Below, in pieces: positions 18,720 through 29,900 of a stretch of 64,000 bases of DNA. The notes beneath the pieces are model-generated. The model ran no database searches, had not been told where the DNA came from, and worked only from the letters and a program-made list of their open reading frames with translations. A program made the position numbers and the translations under genes. Numbering within the stretch: the stretch's first letter is position 1; every line of letters begins with the position of its first letter. This DNA is from Candidatus Kaiserbacteria bacterium (GTDB taxonomy: Bacteria > Patescibacteriota > Minisyncoccia > Phycocordibacterales > UBA2100). The DNA lies in contig JAHFMV010000002.1 in NCBI GenBank assembly GCA_023267655.1, positions 7,228-71,227 on the forward strand, given 5' to 3'.

Positions 18720-19808
18720 TTATACCAAAAGCCGGACGATATCGTGGTACGTCACCGTCACCATGAGCAGCACGATCAACCCAACACCAATAAAATTCAT
18801 AACTTGCACCGTAAATTTATGCGGCGGGCGGCGGATGATGGCTTCGACAATTAAGAGAAAGAGGCGACCGCCGTCGAGCGCGGGGATCGGGACGAGATTG
18901 ATGACGGCAAGGTTGATTGAAATGAACGCCGCGAGCGCGAGCACGTGACCGAGGCCGTGCTTTGATGCATTGCCGACAAAATCCACAAGGCCGACGGGCC
19001 CGACAACATTTTGTAAATTCGGTTGCCCTGCCGCCGCAGCGCGTAGGAGCGTCCAGAGACCCGCTGCGGTATCTTTGAGCGCTTGCATCGTCGACGGAAA
19101 CGCATCTTTGAGCGCCGGCCCCCATGCGAGCGACTGGTCGGTCACGAGTACAAGCCCAATGCCGATCGCCGGCCTATTGGCACTCTCTTCCACGACCGCG
19201 TGCGCAGGTGTGACGGGCACTGTCGTGACAACATCATTCCTTTTATACGTGACTTCTAGTTGCTTGCCACCGCGCGAGCCGATAAATTGCACGACCTTTG
19301 ACGGTTTTAACTCGGCAGGCTGCCCTGTCGACGCATCTTCCACGCGGATGACCTCATCCCCCGATTGGAGTCCGGCGACTGCCGCAGGAGATCCGTCGAC
19401 AACGGTATTGATGAACAATTGTATGTTCGGCGTTATCGCCTTTCCTTCGGGGATCACGCGCGGAATGCCGACATGGAGTGCTCCAGCAAACAAAAACCAT
19501 GCGACGAGCGCGTTCATCGTGACGCCGGCAACCAGGATGATTGCCTGCGCGTATTTCGGCGCGGCAGCGAAGCTGCCGCGTTGGTGCGTCTCGCCATGCT
19601 CACCCATGAGACGCACGAAGCCGCCAAACGGCAGCCAATTAATGGTGTATTCGGTGCCTCCCCACGTGCCAAAGGTAAAGCCACGCGGCGGATACCCAAT
19701 CCCAAACTCTTCGACTTTCACTCGGAAAATTTTGGATGCGATGAAATGCCCGAGCTCGTGCGCAACGATGAGAAAAACTAATATGCCGAGGACGAGAAGA
19801 ATTGTCAT
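18720..19808 (-). CDS. rseP: RseP-like site-2 protease (M50 zinc metalloprotease with a PDZ domain).
   Basis: HELGHFIAS (HExxH) motif in the first TM helix, a central PDZ domain, and a C-terminal TM region. Confidence 0.8.
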   Translation of the reverse strand: MTILLVLGILVFLIVAHELGHFIASKIFRVKVEEFGIGYPPRGFTFGTWGGTEYTINWLPFGGFVRLMGEHGETHQRGSFAAAPKYAQAIILVAGVTMNALVAWFLFAGALHVGIPRVIPEGKAITPNIQLFINTVVDGSPAAVAGLQSGDEVIRVEDASTGQPAELKPSKVVQFIGSRGGKQLEVTYKRNDVVTTVPVTPAHAVVEESANRPAIGIGLVLVTDQSLAWGPALKDAFPSTMQALKDTAAGLWTLLRAAAAGQPNLQNVVGPVGLVDFVGNASKHGLGHVLALAAFISINLAVINLVPIPALDGGRLFLLIVEAIIRRPPHKFTVQVMNFIGVGLIVLLMVTVTYHDIVRLLV

Positions 19809-19918
19809 GTAGAGATAATTTTCAATTTACAATTCTCAATTTCAAATGAATTTTCAATGATCCGATGTTTGAAAATTGATTCATTGCGATTTGATTGAAT
19901 GGTGAAATTAATAATTGA
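19809..19918. repeat. AT-rich imperfect palindrome built from TTTCAAT/ATTGAAA heptamers.
   Basis: About 8 heptamer copies in both orientations, centred near 19865, in the frr-rseP intergenic region. Confidence 0.5.
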
Positions 19919-19921
19919 AAA

Positions 19922-20473
19922 TTAACTTTTCATTTCATCTTCCTTCTTATTGAAAAGTTTTTCTAGCTCTTCATTACACGTATCCACCTTCTTCTGCATC
20001 TCGTCTTTGAGGCGGAATTTATCATCTTCTGAAATTGTTTTTTCTTTTTCCTGATCCTGGATTTCTTTCCAACATTCATCACGAGCCCCGCGCACGGTCG
20101 TGCGTGCATCTTCTAATTTTCCTTTTGCGAGCTTGATGAGTTGTTCACGTCTCTCGCCCGTCAATTCCGGAAACGTGACGCGTACGCCTGATGCGTCCGA
20201 GCCGACGCCAACGCCGAGGTCTGCGGACGCAATTCCCTTTTCGATGTCTTTAATGATCGACGGATCGAACGCCTGCACCATCAGTGAGCGCGCATCCTCA
20301 ATCCTGATCGTCCCGACTTGGTTGAGCGCCATCATCGATCCATACGCGCTCACTTTCACGCCGTCCAATATCGACGGCGTCGCACGACCGGTGCGCAAGC
20401 CTTGGTATTCACGCGAGAGCCACTCTTTGGATCCGGAAAGTTTCGTATCGAGTGGTTTAAAATCGTATGCCAT
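19922..20473 (-). CDS. frr: Ribosome recycling factor.
   Basis: 183 aa with a characteristic coiled-coil and RRF pattern. Confidence 0.9.
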   Translation of the reverse strand: MAYDFKPLDTKLSGSKEWLSREYQGLRTGRATPSILDGVKVSAYGSMMALNQVGTIRIEDARSLMVQAFDPSIIKDIEKGIASADLGVGVGSDASGVRVTFPELTGERREQLIKLAKGKLEDARTTVRGARDECWKEIQDQEKEKTISEDDKFRLKDEMQKKVDTCNEELEKLFNKKEDEMKS

Positions 20474-20474
20474 A

Positions 20475-20738
20475 TTATTTTCCGAATACTTTCTCCTCTA
20501 ATTTCGATATGCGTGACGTTAGATACTGCACGTCCAAGCGATGCATTTTATTTTCATCACGCTGGCGATACATACCAACCACTTTCATCTCCAAAGCACT
20601 GACGCGACGGTCTAAATTTTGCAACAGGGACTTGACGTCTTTAAATTCGCCACGCATCTCCTCAAATCCTTCGTGTACGGCGATCGCCAATCCTTCGATG
20701 GTCGTTATCTTCTTCCTTGTGGAATGCTTTTTAGCCAT
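20475..20738 (-). CDS. Small coiled-coil protein (hypothetical).
   Basis: 87-aa ORF located between frr and the holB-like gene. Confidence 0.4.
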   Translation of the reverse strand: MAKKHSTRKKITTIEGLAIAVHEGFEEMRGEFKDVKSLLQNLDRRVSALEMKVVGMYRQRDENKMHRLDVQYLTSRISKLEEKVFGK

Positions 20739-20750
20739 GCGTGAATTTTA

Positions 20751-21422
20751 TCACAATTTGGACGCGAGGAGCGCGACTTGCTCGAGGAGCGCTTTGAGCA
20801 GTGACCCCTTGTCGGTAGCATACTTTCGCGCGCGGTAGATAGCATGAACGCCCGCATCACGCTCCGGCGTCATCTTTTCCTTCGCAAAGCGCTCCTCGAG
20901 TGATTGCAAAAATGCGAGTACCACGCCAATGTCGCGACCTTCGTCTTCGTCGTGTTCGTACAACGGCTTGAGCAACGTCAGGCGTTTTTCAGCAGACGCG
21001 GCGAGAAAATCATCGGTATCGACAACCATGTCAAGGCGACGCCTTGACGTGTCAGTTTCCAGATTGAGCGTTTGCACCCGCGAGCGGATTGTGGGGAGCA
21101 GCGTCTCCGGCGACGGGACGATAAGAAAAAAGAGTGCGCCCGCTGAAGGCTCTTCGAGTGTTTTGAGGAGTGCATTTTGCGCCTCGGTCGTCATGGAAGG
21201 TACAAACAGCGCAAAGACACGGTGTGCTCCGGAGATGGGTTTTGAGCGTGCGCGAGAGCGGAGATCTTCTGCTTCTTCGACGCCAAACGCGCGATACGAT
21301 TTTCGGAACAGATCGGGACTGTTGCGCGCTATGACTTTTTCTTTTTCGAGCTTGTCGAGCAGCGTCTCCAGCGACTCGGTGGAACCGCGGATAAGGTAAG
21401 CTCCGACGTACTGCATGTACAT
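20751..21422 (-). CDS. holB: DNA polymerase III delta-prime-like clamp-loader subunit.
   Basis: An AAA+-like fold with the clamp-loader motif NALLKTLEEP. Confidence 0.5.
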   Translation of the reverse strand: MYMQYVGAYLIRGSTESLETLLDKLEKEKVIARNSPDLFRKSYRAFGVEEAEDLRSRARSKPISGAHRVFALFVPSMTTEAQNALLKTLEEPSAGALFFLIVPSPETLLPTIRSRVQTLNLETDTSRRRLDMVVDTDDFLAASAEKRLTLLKPLYEHDEDEGRDIGVVLAFLQSLEERFAKEKMTPERDAGVHAIYRARKYATDKGSLLKALLEQVALLASKL

Positions 21423-21436
21423 AGTATACTTGCGCT

Positions 21437-21943
21437 ATGTCAGATCCGCGAGACATCGAGAAAACCGCACTTGCTATAACAAAAGCAGTTGGATCGCCAA
21501 AATCTATCATCGTCCATACAATACTTTTTGCACTTAGTTTCTTTGCGGCGTTTTCCGGGTACATCACCTTTGACCGTATGTTGCTCATCCTCACGACCAT
21601 CGTGTCACTTGAGGCAATCTATCTTGCAATATTCATCCAAATGACGATCAACTATCAGGGTCAGGACATTGCCGAAGTGCAGGAAGATATCGACGAAATT
21701 CAAGAGGATGTCGAGGAAATTAGTGAGGATGTCGGAGAATTGCAGGAAGATCTCGAAGAAATTAGTGAAGATGTCGAGGAAATGAATGTTGAAGAAGAAA
21801 CGGAAGAAGCCGCAGAAGAGCGGCGCAAGGTTGAGCAGCGCGAAACACTCGAGGACATCCAATCAGATCTGCGGAAATTACTTGAAGATGTTGAGCGCCT
21901 GAAGTCGAATCATAAATCGGACGATATGAAGCCGCTCTTATAA
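21437..21943 (+). CDS. DUF1003-like membrane protein with an acidic repeat tail.
   Basis: Two TM helices, followed by repeats of the DIxEIQEDVEEISEDV type. Confidence 0.45.
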   Translation: MSDPRDIEKTALAITKAVGSPKSIIVHTILFALSFFAAFSGYITFDRMLLILTTIVSLEAIYLAIFIQMTINYQGQDIAEVQEDIDEIQEDVEEISEDVGELQEDLEEISEDVEEMNVEEETEEAAEERRKVEQRETLEDIQSDLRKLLEDVERLKSNHKSDDMKPLL

Positions 21944-21983
21944 AAGGTGCGAGACGGCGGGTATTTCCGGCCGTCTCGGGGTG

Positions 21984-22253
21984 TCAGAGTTTGGGATGGC
22001 ATTTTCGTTTCATCAGTGCGATGCACACCATGCACACGATTATGATGGCGAGCACCACAATGCCTGTCGCAAGTCCGTTTCCCAACCGCGCCTCAAATGT
22101 TTTCTGGTGGAACGGCTCTGTTAAGAACGGAAATGATGCCCACGCAAATGCCATAAGCACCATCGAGCACAGGTACACATCAGTCCAGGTAATCTTGAGC
22201 TTTGTCATGACTTCCTCCCAGAAGCTCTTTTCGTCCAGTATTAAAGCACACAT
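21984..22253 (-). CDS. Small membrane protein (hypothetical).
   Basis: 89-aa ORF with two TM helices. Confidence 0.3.
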   Translation of the reverse strand: MCALILDEKSFWEEVMTKLKITWTDVYLCSMVLMAFAWASFPFLTEPFHQKTFEARLGNGLATGIVVLAIIIVCMVCIALMKRKCHPKL

Positions 22254-22265
22254 ATGAGTCCGTGA

Positions 22266-23348
22266 CTACCGCTTGCTGGTGATGGCTTTTTTGTACACAT
22301 CGAGGTGTTTGAGTGCTTCTCCTGTTCCCTTTGCGACGCAAAATTGCGGGTCTTTTGCCATTTGCGCTTTCACACCCGTGCGGCGGAAAATGAGTTCCGG
22401 TAGATTGCGCAGCTGCGACGATCCGCCGGTCATAATGATGCCGTTATCGATAATATCGCTCGCGAGTTCCGGCGGCGTCTCTTGCAGCACGTCTTTGATC
22501 GCGCCTACCATCGTTCGCAATTCTTTTGCCATCGCGCGGACGATTTCGTTTGACGAAAGTTCGACGGAACGTGGCAATCCTGTCAGATAATCGCGGCCTT
22601 TGATTGTCATCGAGAGTTCGTCTTCAATCGGTACCGCAGAGCCGATGCGGATTTTGATTTGCTCTGCCATCTTGTCGCCAACCGCGAGATTGTGATTCTT
22701 TTTTACATAATCGACGATCGAGCGGTCGAGTGAATTTCCCGCACATTTGACCGATGTCGATGCGACGATGCCGCCGAGTGAAATCACCGCGACGTCGGTC
22801 GTGCCACCGCCGATGTCGACGACCATGTGTCCGCGCGCTTCGTAAATGGGAATGCCCGCGCCTATCGCCGCTAGGATCGGTTCTTTGACGACGTACGCGT
22901 GACGCGCTCCTGCTTTTGTCGCAGCTTCCACAACTGCGCGACGCTCTGTCGACGTAACTCCCGCCGGCACGCTCACCATGACTTCCGGCCGAAAGAGATT
23001 CCACTTCCCCAGTGCTTTCCTAATGTAATATCGCAACATCGCTTCGGTCACACGGTAATCGGCGATGACGCCGTCTTTCATCGGGCGATAGGCTTTGATC
23101 GCATCCGGCGTGCGGCCGACCATTTCTTTTGCTTCGTTGCCAATCGCGAGGATACGGTTGTCTTCGACGGAAATTGCGACAACCGAGGGTTCATTTAAGA
23201 CAATGCCGCGCTTGGGGACGAATACGAGGACAGTCGTGGTGCCGAGGTCGATACCGAGTTTGGGAGAAAAGAAAGACATACGAAAGGTGTCAGGTTTTAA
23301 GGACAAGGTTCTAGGGAAATACAAAGACGGCTTCGCTATTGTATGCAT
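22266..23348 (-). CDS. Second MreB/Mbl-like actin homolog; the likely start is MSFFSPKLGIDLGT, near 23279.
   Basis: Motifs DLGTTTV and DIGGGTTD. It is a paralog of the MreB at 16001..17071. A terminator lies at 23357..23390. Confidence 0.8.
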   Translation of the reverse strand: MHTIAKPSLYFPRTLSLKPDTFRMSFFSPKLGIDLGTTTVLVFVPKRGIVLNEPSVVAISVEDNRILAIGNEAKEMVGRTPDAIKAYRPMKDGVIADYRVTEAMLRYYIRKALGKWNLFRPEVMVSVPAGVTSTERRAVVEAATKAGARHAYVVKEPILAAIGAGIPIYEARGHMVVDIGGGTTDVAVISLGGIVASTSVKCAGNSLDRSIVDYVKKNHNLAVGDKMAEQIKIRIGSAVPIEDELSMTIKGRDYLTGLPRSVELSSNEIVRAMAKELRTMVGAIKDVLQETPPELASDIIDNGIIMTGGSSQLRNLPELIFRRTGVKAQMAKDPQFCVAKGTGEALKHLDVYKKAITSKR

Positions 23349-23414
23349 TTGCGGGGAAAAGAAAAGCGCCGCACAAAATGGCGGCGCTTCGATAGCTTCT
23401 CGTGTTCCGCTGCC

Positions 23415-23735
23415 CTACTTCGGTCGGCACAACATCGCTTTTGCAAGCGACGGACGATTATCCGTGCTTCGCGCCTTACGACCAATTACAACGGCTTGCC
23501 TCTCTCGCTCTGCTTTTGCATCCGCGAGACGCTGATAGTGTTCCACCTGTTCGGTGTGGTATTGAAGTGACAACTGACAATACGGCACCATCGCCGGCTT
23601 ATAGAATGGCGCGTTTGTGATTCGTGCTTGCGCCCTCGCTGCCCGGATGCGATGCCACTCGGCACGTTCAGTCAGATCGAGCTTCATCAAATCTTCTGAC
23701 TCTTGCATTCGTTCCTCCGTCTTCTTACAGAGCAC
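23415..23735 (-). CDS. Hypothetical protein.
   Basis: 106-aa ORF followed by a terminator. Confidence 0.35.
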   Translation of the reverse strand: MLCKKTEERMQESEDLMKLDLTERAEWHRIRAARAQARITNAPFYKPAMVPYCQLSLQYHTEQVEHYQRLADAKAERERQAVVIGRKARSTDNRPSLAKAMLCRPK

Positions 23736-23786
23736 CTATGTACTCCTAACGCGACACCATACCGTAAAGGGCACAAGAGCGCAATT

Positions 23787-24065
23787 TTATTTTACCACAG
23801 ATTCTTTGTGCTTGCCGGGATTTAATTCGTAAAAAAAGCGCTTGGAAAAATTCCCCGAATCGTCGCACACCCGCTTTAAATAGTACAAATCTTTGGTCGG
23901 GATTTGTTCAAGGATTTTCCCCATCCGCGGCATCGTGATTTTCGGCAATCCATCGCGCATGCGACCCGGATTGATGCGGTCGATGAAATACCGCATCAGC
24001 TCGCCCCGTTCGGTCTCACGGATCCGGGCTTTGGTTTGCTTAAGGTTGAGGGCGATGTGCTTCAT
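23787..24065 (-). CDS. Hypothetical protein.
   Basis: 92-aa ORF. Confidence 0.35.
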   Translation of the reverse strand: MKHIALNLKQTKARIRETERGELMRYFIDRINPGRMRDGLPKITMPRMGKILEQIPTKDLYYLKRVCDDSGNFSKRFFYELNPGKHKESVVK

Positions 24066-24627
24066 ACCCGGTTAGTACAATTTCGAATTGTTCGTGCCGT
24101 TGCAACATGCGATTACATCGAATGCGGCAGCGCGATTAACAAAGTTTACATTCTCGATAATAGGCCACAGTAAAGGTGATTCGAAATTGTCCTACCGGGC
24201 ATGGGGACATTGTACATTATATCGGGGTGTGTTATAAATGTACGAAGAGATTGAATATTGATTTGGAATCGGACGGGTCGGTATTGCTGCCTCCCCGCCC
24301 GTCCGGTGCTACGCAGACCGCTGCCTGCCCGAAGGAATTGCTGGCCAGCACCTTGGCGCGGAAAGCGTAGGAGGCGAGTGGAAGTGAACTACAATAGCAG
24401 TCGAAGGTATTTGATCGTCCCTTCGGCTCAACGAAGCCAACTTCGCTCGCCTCTTTTTATTCAGCGACCTGACCTCCGCGTCAGGTCGCTTTCTTCTTGA
24501 TAGAATATCTTTGGTACAAGAGACGGCGGTTTGCCGACGGGTTAAACGACAGCCGGCTCGGGCGAGTACCGTTTTACGCGGGCTCGCCCTTCCCTTTTTC
24601 TGGCTGTACTCGTATGATTCGACGATG

Positions 24628-25179
24628 CGTTCAATAGTACAGACTGGCGATCCGGTGTTGCGGGCAATCGCGAAAGAAATTCCACTCGATCAGATCGGGT
24701 CATCTCGTATTCGCAGCATTATTGCTGATATGAAATTGCTCCTCGGGAAAGAAGAATTTGGTGTTGCGATCGCCGCGCCGCAAGTGGGAGAAAGTCTGCG
24801 GATGTTTGTCGTTGCAGGTTCGGCTGCGCTCAAGCGAAAATATTCGGAGAAAAAGCGTGAGAAAGGAGAAACGGAGGACTACGAAAAGTTCGAAGGGCAT
24901 CCCACAGACGACGAAGCCTACATCAATCCCATTCTCATCAAAACATCCCGCGGAAAAAAAGACAAACACGAGGGCTGCCTCTCGGTGCGCGGCAAGTGGG
25001 GTGAAGTTCCCCGTGCGGAAAAGGCGACGGTACGTGCATATAATGAGCGCGGCGAAAAGTTTGAGCGTGGTGCCTCGGGATTCCTCGCGCATATTTTCCA
25101 ACACGAGATGGATCATCTTGACGGCATTTTATATATCGACAAAGCGACCTCTGTATATGATGATGCAGACAAAAAATAA
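24628..25179 (+). CDS. def: Peptide deformylase.
   Basis: Motifs GCLSV and QHEMDHLDG. The ORF-track start at 24511 is too far upstream because it would cover terminator-like hairpins; MRSIVQTGDPVLR is the likely start. Confidence 0.8.
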   Translation, partial: RSIVQTGDPVLRAIAKEIPLDQIGSSRIRSIIADMKLLLGKEEFGVAIAAPQVGESLRMFVVAGSAALKRKYSEKKREKGETEDYEKFEGHPTDDEAYINPILIKTSRGKKDKHEGCLSVRGKWGEVPRAEKATVRAYNERGEKFERGASGFLAHIFQHEMDHLDGILYIDKATSVYDDADKK

Positions 25180-25195
25180 GGATGAGGGACAAGGG

Positions 25196-26059
25196 ATGAG
25201 AGATAAGAGGAATGCATTTGCATTCTTTGGAACTCCGGAGCTTGCTGTCGAAATCCTCGATGAACTTGAGGGAGCCGGTTACGTGCCTTCGCTTGTCGTC
25301 ACGATGCCCGATCGAGCGCGTGGGCGCGGTATGGCATTGCGAGAAACGCCTGTGGGTGCGTGGGCGAAAAAGCGAGGTATCGAAGCTCTCAAGCCCGAGA
25401 AATTGGACGATGCGTTTGTCGCAGAGGTTGCCAAGCGCGATCTCCAGTTCGCGATCGTTGTAGCGTATGGGAAAATCATGCCGAAATCGCTGCTCGAGAT
25501 CCTAGTTATGTACAACATTCATTATTCTCTCCTGCCACGATGGCGTGGTGCGACGCCGGTAGAAGCCGCTATCCTCGCAGGAGATGTGGAAACCGGCGTC
25601 GTGATACAGAAAATCGTGCACGAACTCGACGCGGGGCCTATCGTTGCGGTTGAGAAAACTGAAATTGGTGCGGATGAGACCGGCGTTGCGTTGCGTAGCC
25701 GTTTAAACTATATTGCAAAAAAATTACTCGTTCGCATTCTGCCGGAAATACTCGCGGGCAACATGAAACTTGTCGAACAAGACAAAACACGCGCAACGTT
25801 TTGCGGAAAGATTTCAAAAGAGGATGGACTCTTGGATTTTTCCGACGGAGGTGAATTAAATTATCGGAAATTCCGCGCATATTTCGGCTGGCCGGGCGTC
25901 TGCACTTTTTTTGAACGAAGCGGAAAACGGATCCGTACGATCATCGTGAAAGCGCACAAGGACGGCGCACAATTCGTCATCGACATAGTAAAACCCGAAG
26001 GCAAAGGCGAGATGCCGTATGAGGATTTTGTACGTTCTGGAGCAAAAGTTGCACGTTAA
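25196..26059 (+). CDS. fmt: Methionyl-tRNA formyltransferase.
   Basis: A formyltransferase N-terminal domain (HYSLLPRWRGATP) and C-terminal domain. It lies immediately downstream of def. Confidence 0.8.
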   Translation: MRDKRNAFAFFGTPELAVEILDELEGAGYVPSLVVTMPDRARGRGMALRETPVGAWAKKRGIEALKPEKLDDAFVAEVAKRDLQFAIVVAYGKIMPKSLLEILVMYNIHYSLLPRWRGATPVEAAILAGDVETGVVIQKIVHELDAGPIVAVEKTEIGADETGVALRSRLNYIAKKLLVRILPEILAGNMKLVEQDKTRATFCGKISKEDGLLDFSDGGELNYRKFRAYFGWPGVCTFFERSGKRIRTIIVKAHKDGAQFVIDIVKPEGKGEMPYEDFVRSGAKVAR

Positions 26060-26184
26060 CGAATTGTACGTTATCGTTGCCGAGGAATGCAAAGTCCGGG
26101 AAGACACCCCGTATTCCCGACGGGACACCAACTCTCCCGGCAAAATCCCAAGGCGTTGCCTCTCGCGCGCCTTGGGGTTCTTTT

Positions 26185-26553
26185 TTAATAACTCCGTATA
26201 TCGCCACGCCGCGCCCATCGTTTGAGACGAGCACCGAGTCGCCGCGCAATTGACGTATGTTTACCTTTATCTTTCCGCAACTGCTGCAGCATTTCATCTT
26301 TGGCGATATCTATCGCTGCATTCACGCTTTCTTCCTGCGCAACAGCATATAGGCGCTCGCCGAAATTCGTGATCACGATTTCTGCTTTCCACACGTCGCC
26401 CTGCTGCGAATGCCCGACCGCGCGGCCGATCTCCACTTCGCAGCGCGCGGCGCTATCGTGCACCAGCCGCTCGAGCGTCGCGATTTTCTCGTCGAGGTAG
26501 GCGGCGGTTTCCGGCGTCATCTCGTAATCACTCGCTTTGATGCGGATTTCCAT
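26185..26553 (-). CDS. hpf: Ribosome hibernation promoting factor (HPF/RaiA family).
   Basis: About 120 aa with a sigma-54-modulation/YfiA-like pattern. Confidence 0.6.
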   Translation of the reverse strand: MEIRIKASDYEMTPETAAYLDEKIATLERLVHDSAARCEVEIGRAVGHSQQGDVWKAEIVITNFGERLYAVAQEESVNAAIDIAKDEMLQQLRKDKGKHTSIARRLGARLKRWARRGDIRSY

Positions 26554-26557
26554 GGTG

Positions 26558-26872
26558 TCATTGTACCACCTCGAACAGTTTTGTCCGCGCGCGCATGCCG
26601 GTGAGAAATTTCACCGATGTCACAGGCACATTGAAATGCTGTGCCACGAGCACCTGCACACGGTCGTTTGCTTCGCTCCTTTCGGCCCGCTCCTTCACCG
26701 CCGCGGTGAATTGGTTTTCGCCCGTCTTCTCAAACCTCTCCTTCTTTGCCTTCGGCGTCACGCGCACTTTGATCCGCATTGCTCCAGTATACAGAATTTC
26801 ATTAAACTGCGCTGAAATATTGACCCCGTTAGAAAACCTCACGATCGACGGTCTGAAGTAAAGTTCGTGCAC
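26558..26872 (-). CDS. DUF167 (YggU-like) protein; the likely start is MRIKVRVTPKAKK.
   Basis: KVRVTPKAKK...GKANxAL-like pattern. Confidence 0.5.
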   Translation of the reverse strand: MHELYFRPSIVRFSNGVNISAQFNEILYTGAMRIKVRVTPKAKKERFEKTGENQFTAAVKERAERSEANDRVQVLVAQHFNVPVTSVKFLTGMRARTKLFEVVQ

Positions 26873-26952
26873 TTATAGGGTCTTACTCCGGCAAAAAAGT
26901 GGCTTCTTTTTCTAACGGGGTTGACACGAGTTATTTTTAATTCGCGGTATTT

Positions 26953-29900
26953 TTGCTCTTGCACGGGTGGTGGATACGAGGTATAGATGTGGGCGTTCCC
27001 GGTTTTCTATCGAAGATTCTTGCTCCTGTAGCAAGAATTTTTTGTTTTAGATCTTTTCGTGCATGGTCTTTATTAGAACATTATTCAGTCCATAGCGCAA
27101 ATCATATGCACAACGTATCGCGCGTGCTCTCAGGTACTTTAAATAAAAGTCGCGTCATTCTCATAACATTCTCGCTCTTCGCGATGCTCTCCCTCGGCAT
27201 TCCGGCAGGGACAGTATTCGCATCGCTCTCCGGCGTCACCATTTCCGGCCAGTCGCCGAATCCGGTTACCCAGGCCAGCACCGCCACTTTTACGGCAAAC
27301 GTCACGAACAGTAGCGGCTCAACCGGCCGCGCCGTATCGATTACCGCTGCAACGAGCCTTCCGACAGGTGCTGCCCTCGCGTCGTCACAATGTATTGTCG
27401 TTCCGGGTGATGGCGTCGCACACGCGGTCACGTTCACCGTGAGTACGACCGGCTCGACGCCGGTGGGTTCCGACACGTTTACCGTAACGGCGACTCGATG
27501 GAATAATACGACTGCAAATTGTAGCGGCGGCGTGAGCGATACCGAGACAAGTCCAAACGGGACTATTGTCGTCTCGTCCGCAAAAGTAAATAGCACAACT
27601 TCTATCACCTCCGATACGCCGGACCCGTCCACGATCGACCAAGCATACGCGGTCGGCGTCAGCGTCACCCGTGCATCCGGCAGCAACACTCCAAGCGGAA
27701 CCGTCACGGTGTCAGATGGAACTGATAGTTGCGTGGACTCCACCGCATCGGGTAGCGGCGCGACGGTAACCTATTCCTGTAATCTCACGTCAACAACGAG
27801 CGGCGCAAAAACGCTGACGGCCACCTACGCCGGCGATTCAAATTTCAACGGAAGCAATGGCACGACCGCGCACACAGTGCTTGCAAACCAGACGATCACG
27901 GTAAATACACACGCACCGGCATCAGCAACATACGGAAATACGTTCGCTGTCGCCGCGACGGCAAGCTCGGGACTCACCGTTGCGATCACGACAACCGGCG
28001 GCTGCTCGATTGCGGGCGGTACGGTCACGATGACATCGGGCACCAGTAATTGTGTCGTGCACTACAACCAGTCAGGCAACGCTTCGTATAACGCCGCAGC
28101 AGAAGTCACGGAAACGGCAACCGCCGCAAAGCGCGCGATTACCGCAACAGCAGATAACAAATCGAAAACCTACGGCGCGGCTGATCCTGCGCTCACGTAC
28201 CAACTCACATCAGGCACGCTTGTCGGCGCTGATACACTTTCCGGTTCGATCGCGCGCGTCGCGGGAGAAAATGTCGGCAGCTACGCAATCAATCAAGGAA
28301 CTCTCGCAGCGAGCTCTAACTACACGCTTTCGTTTGTTGCAGGTACGTTCTCGATCGGTAAAGCAAACGCAACGGTAAACGTAAATGGTTTCAGTGGTAC
28401 CTACGACGGTGCACAGCATGGAGCAAGTGGCACCGCAACGGGAGTGAATGCAGAGAATCTAAGTGCAAACCTTTCGCTCGGCTCGACCTACACCGATGTC
28501 CCTGGCGGCACTGCGCACTGGACCTTCACCGGCGGCACCAATTACAACGATGCGTCCGGCGATGTCGCGATCGATATTACGGCAGCCTCGGCGAATATTT
28601 CGCTCTCCGATCTCACGCATACGTACAATGGTACGGCACAATCGGCAGTGGTCACTGCGAATTATTCGTACGACGTCACCTACAACGGCTCGGCAACTGC
28701 ACCGACAAACGCGGGTGGCTATCCAGTCGTCGCAACCATCAATGACGGCAACCACACCGGTACCGCATCTGACACACTCTCGATTAGCAAAGCGCCACTT
28801 ACGGTGACCGTACCAAGCCAGACGATTCCGTTTGGCACTGCACCCGCGGCATTCATTGCGACGATCGACGGATATGTTAACGGCGAGAGTGCAGACGTAC
28901 TCGACACCGGACCGACATGCGCCATTGATGGCGAACACGCGGCGGTCGGTACCTACGAAATTGTTTGTGCGGACGGAGCGGACAATAACTACGATTTCAA
29001 TTACACGAGCGGCACGCTGACCATCACCGATTCCGCGCCAATTATTGGTGAACATGGCAACGTCACCGCGGAAGCAACGTCTGGCGGTGGTGCAGTCGTC
29101 TCCTACGATCTTCCTTCAGTCACCGATGACATCGACATACTGACTGCCGTTTGCCTCCCTGCTTCCGGTTCGACATTCGCGATCGGCGACACGACCGTGA
29201 CTTGCAGCGCAGGTCCGGATACGGGCGGCAACGACGCAGCGCCAACATCATTTACGGTCACCGTCAAAGACACAACAAACCCGACAATTACTGTCACGGG
29301 CACCGATAGTGATGCCGCATATGGTTCGGATTACACCGATCTCGGCGCAACCGCAAGCGATACCGTGAGTGGCGACCTCACGAACAGCATTGTAACGACG
29401 GGACTTCCTGTTGATACGACGGTACTTGGCGCACATACGGTGAGCTATGATGTTGCGGATGCCGCGGGAAATTCTGCACACGCATCTCGTACGGTAACAG
29501 TCGTTCCTGCGTCAGGCGAAATTTCGCTTTCTGATCTCGACTACGCATACGATGGGACTGCGAAATCGGCGACGGTTATCTCTGCGTACAGCTACGATGT
29601 GACCTACGACGGCTCGAATACGGCGCCGACGAATGCCGGATCATATGACGTTGTCGCGACAATTACCGATCCTAATCACACGGGGTCCGCTTCAGGCACC
29701 CTAGTGATCCACAAAGTACCGCTTGCAGTCACTGCACAAAGCCAGTCGATCGCGTTTGGTGGATCACCCTCAGAATTCGCGGCCAACTTTGACGGCTATG
29801 TAAACGGCGAAGATGCATCCGTGCTCGATGCACCGATCCTCTGCGATGTCTCCGGCGCCCATACGGCGATCGGCTCGTACCCAATCAGCTGCTCGGGAGG

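Noticed and set aside
24270-24330. Possible SRP RNA domain IV (CCGAAGGAATTGCTGGCC resembles GGAAGGAAGCAGCC).
   Set aside because: The conserved AGGUCAGG / GGAAGCAGCC helix-8 motifs are not actually present. The resemblance is superficial.
24758-25195. 5' extension of the 433-aa fmt ORF overlapping def.
   Set aside because: The upstream part is an out-of-frame overlap of def. The fmt homology begins at MRDKRNAFAFFG (25196), immediately after the def stop.
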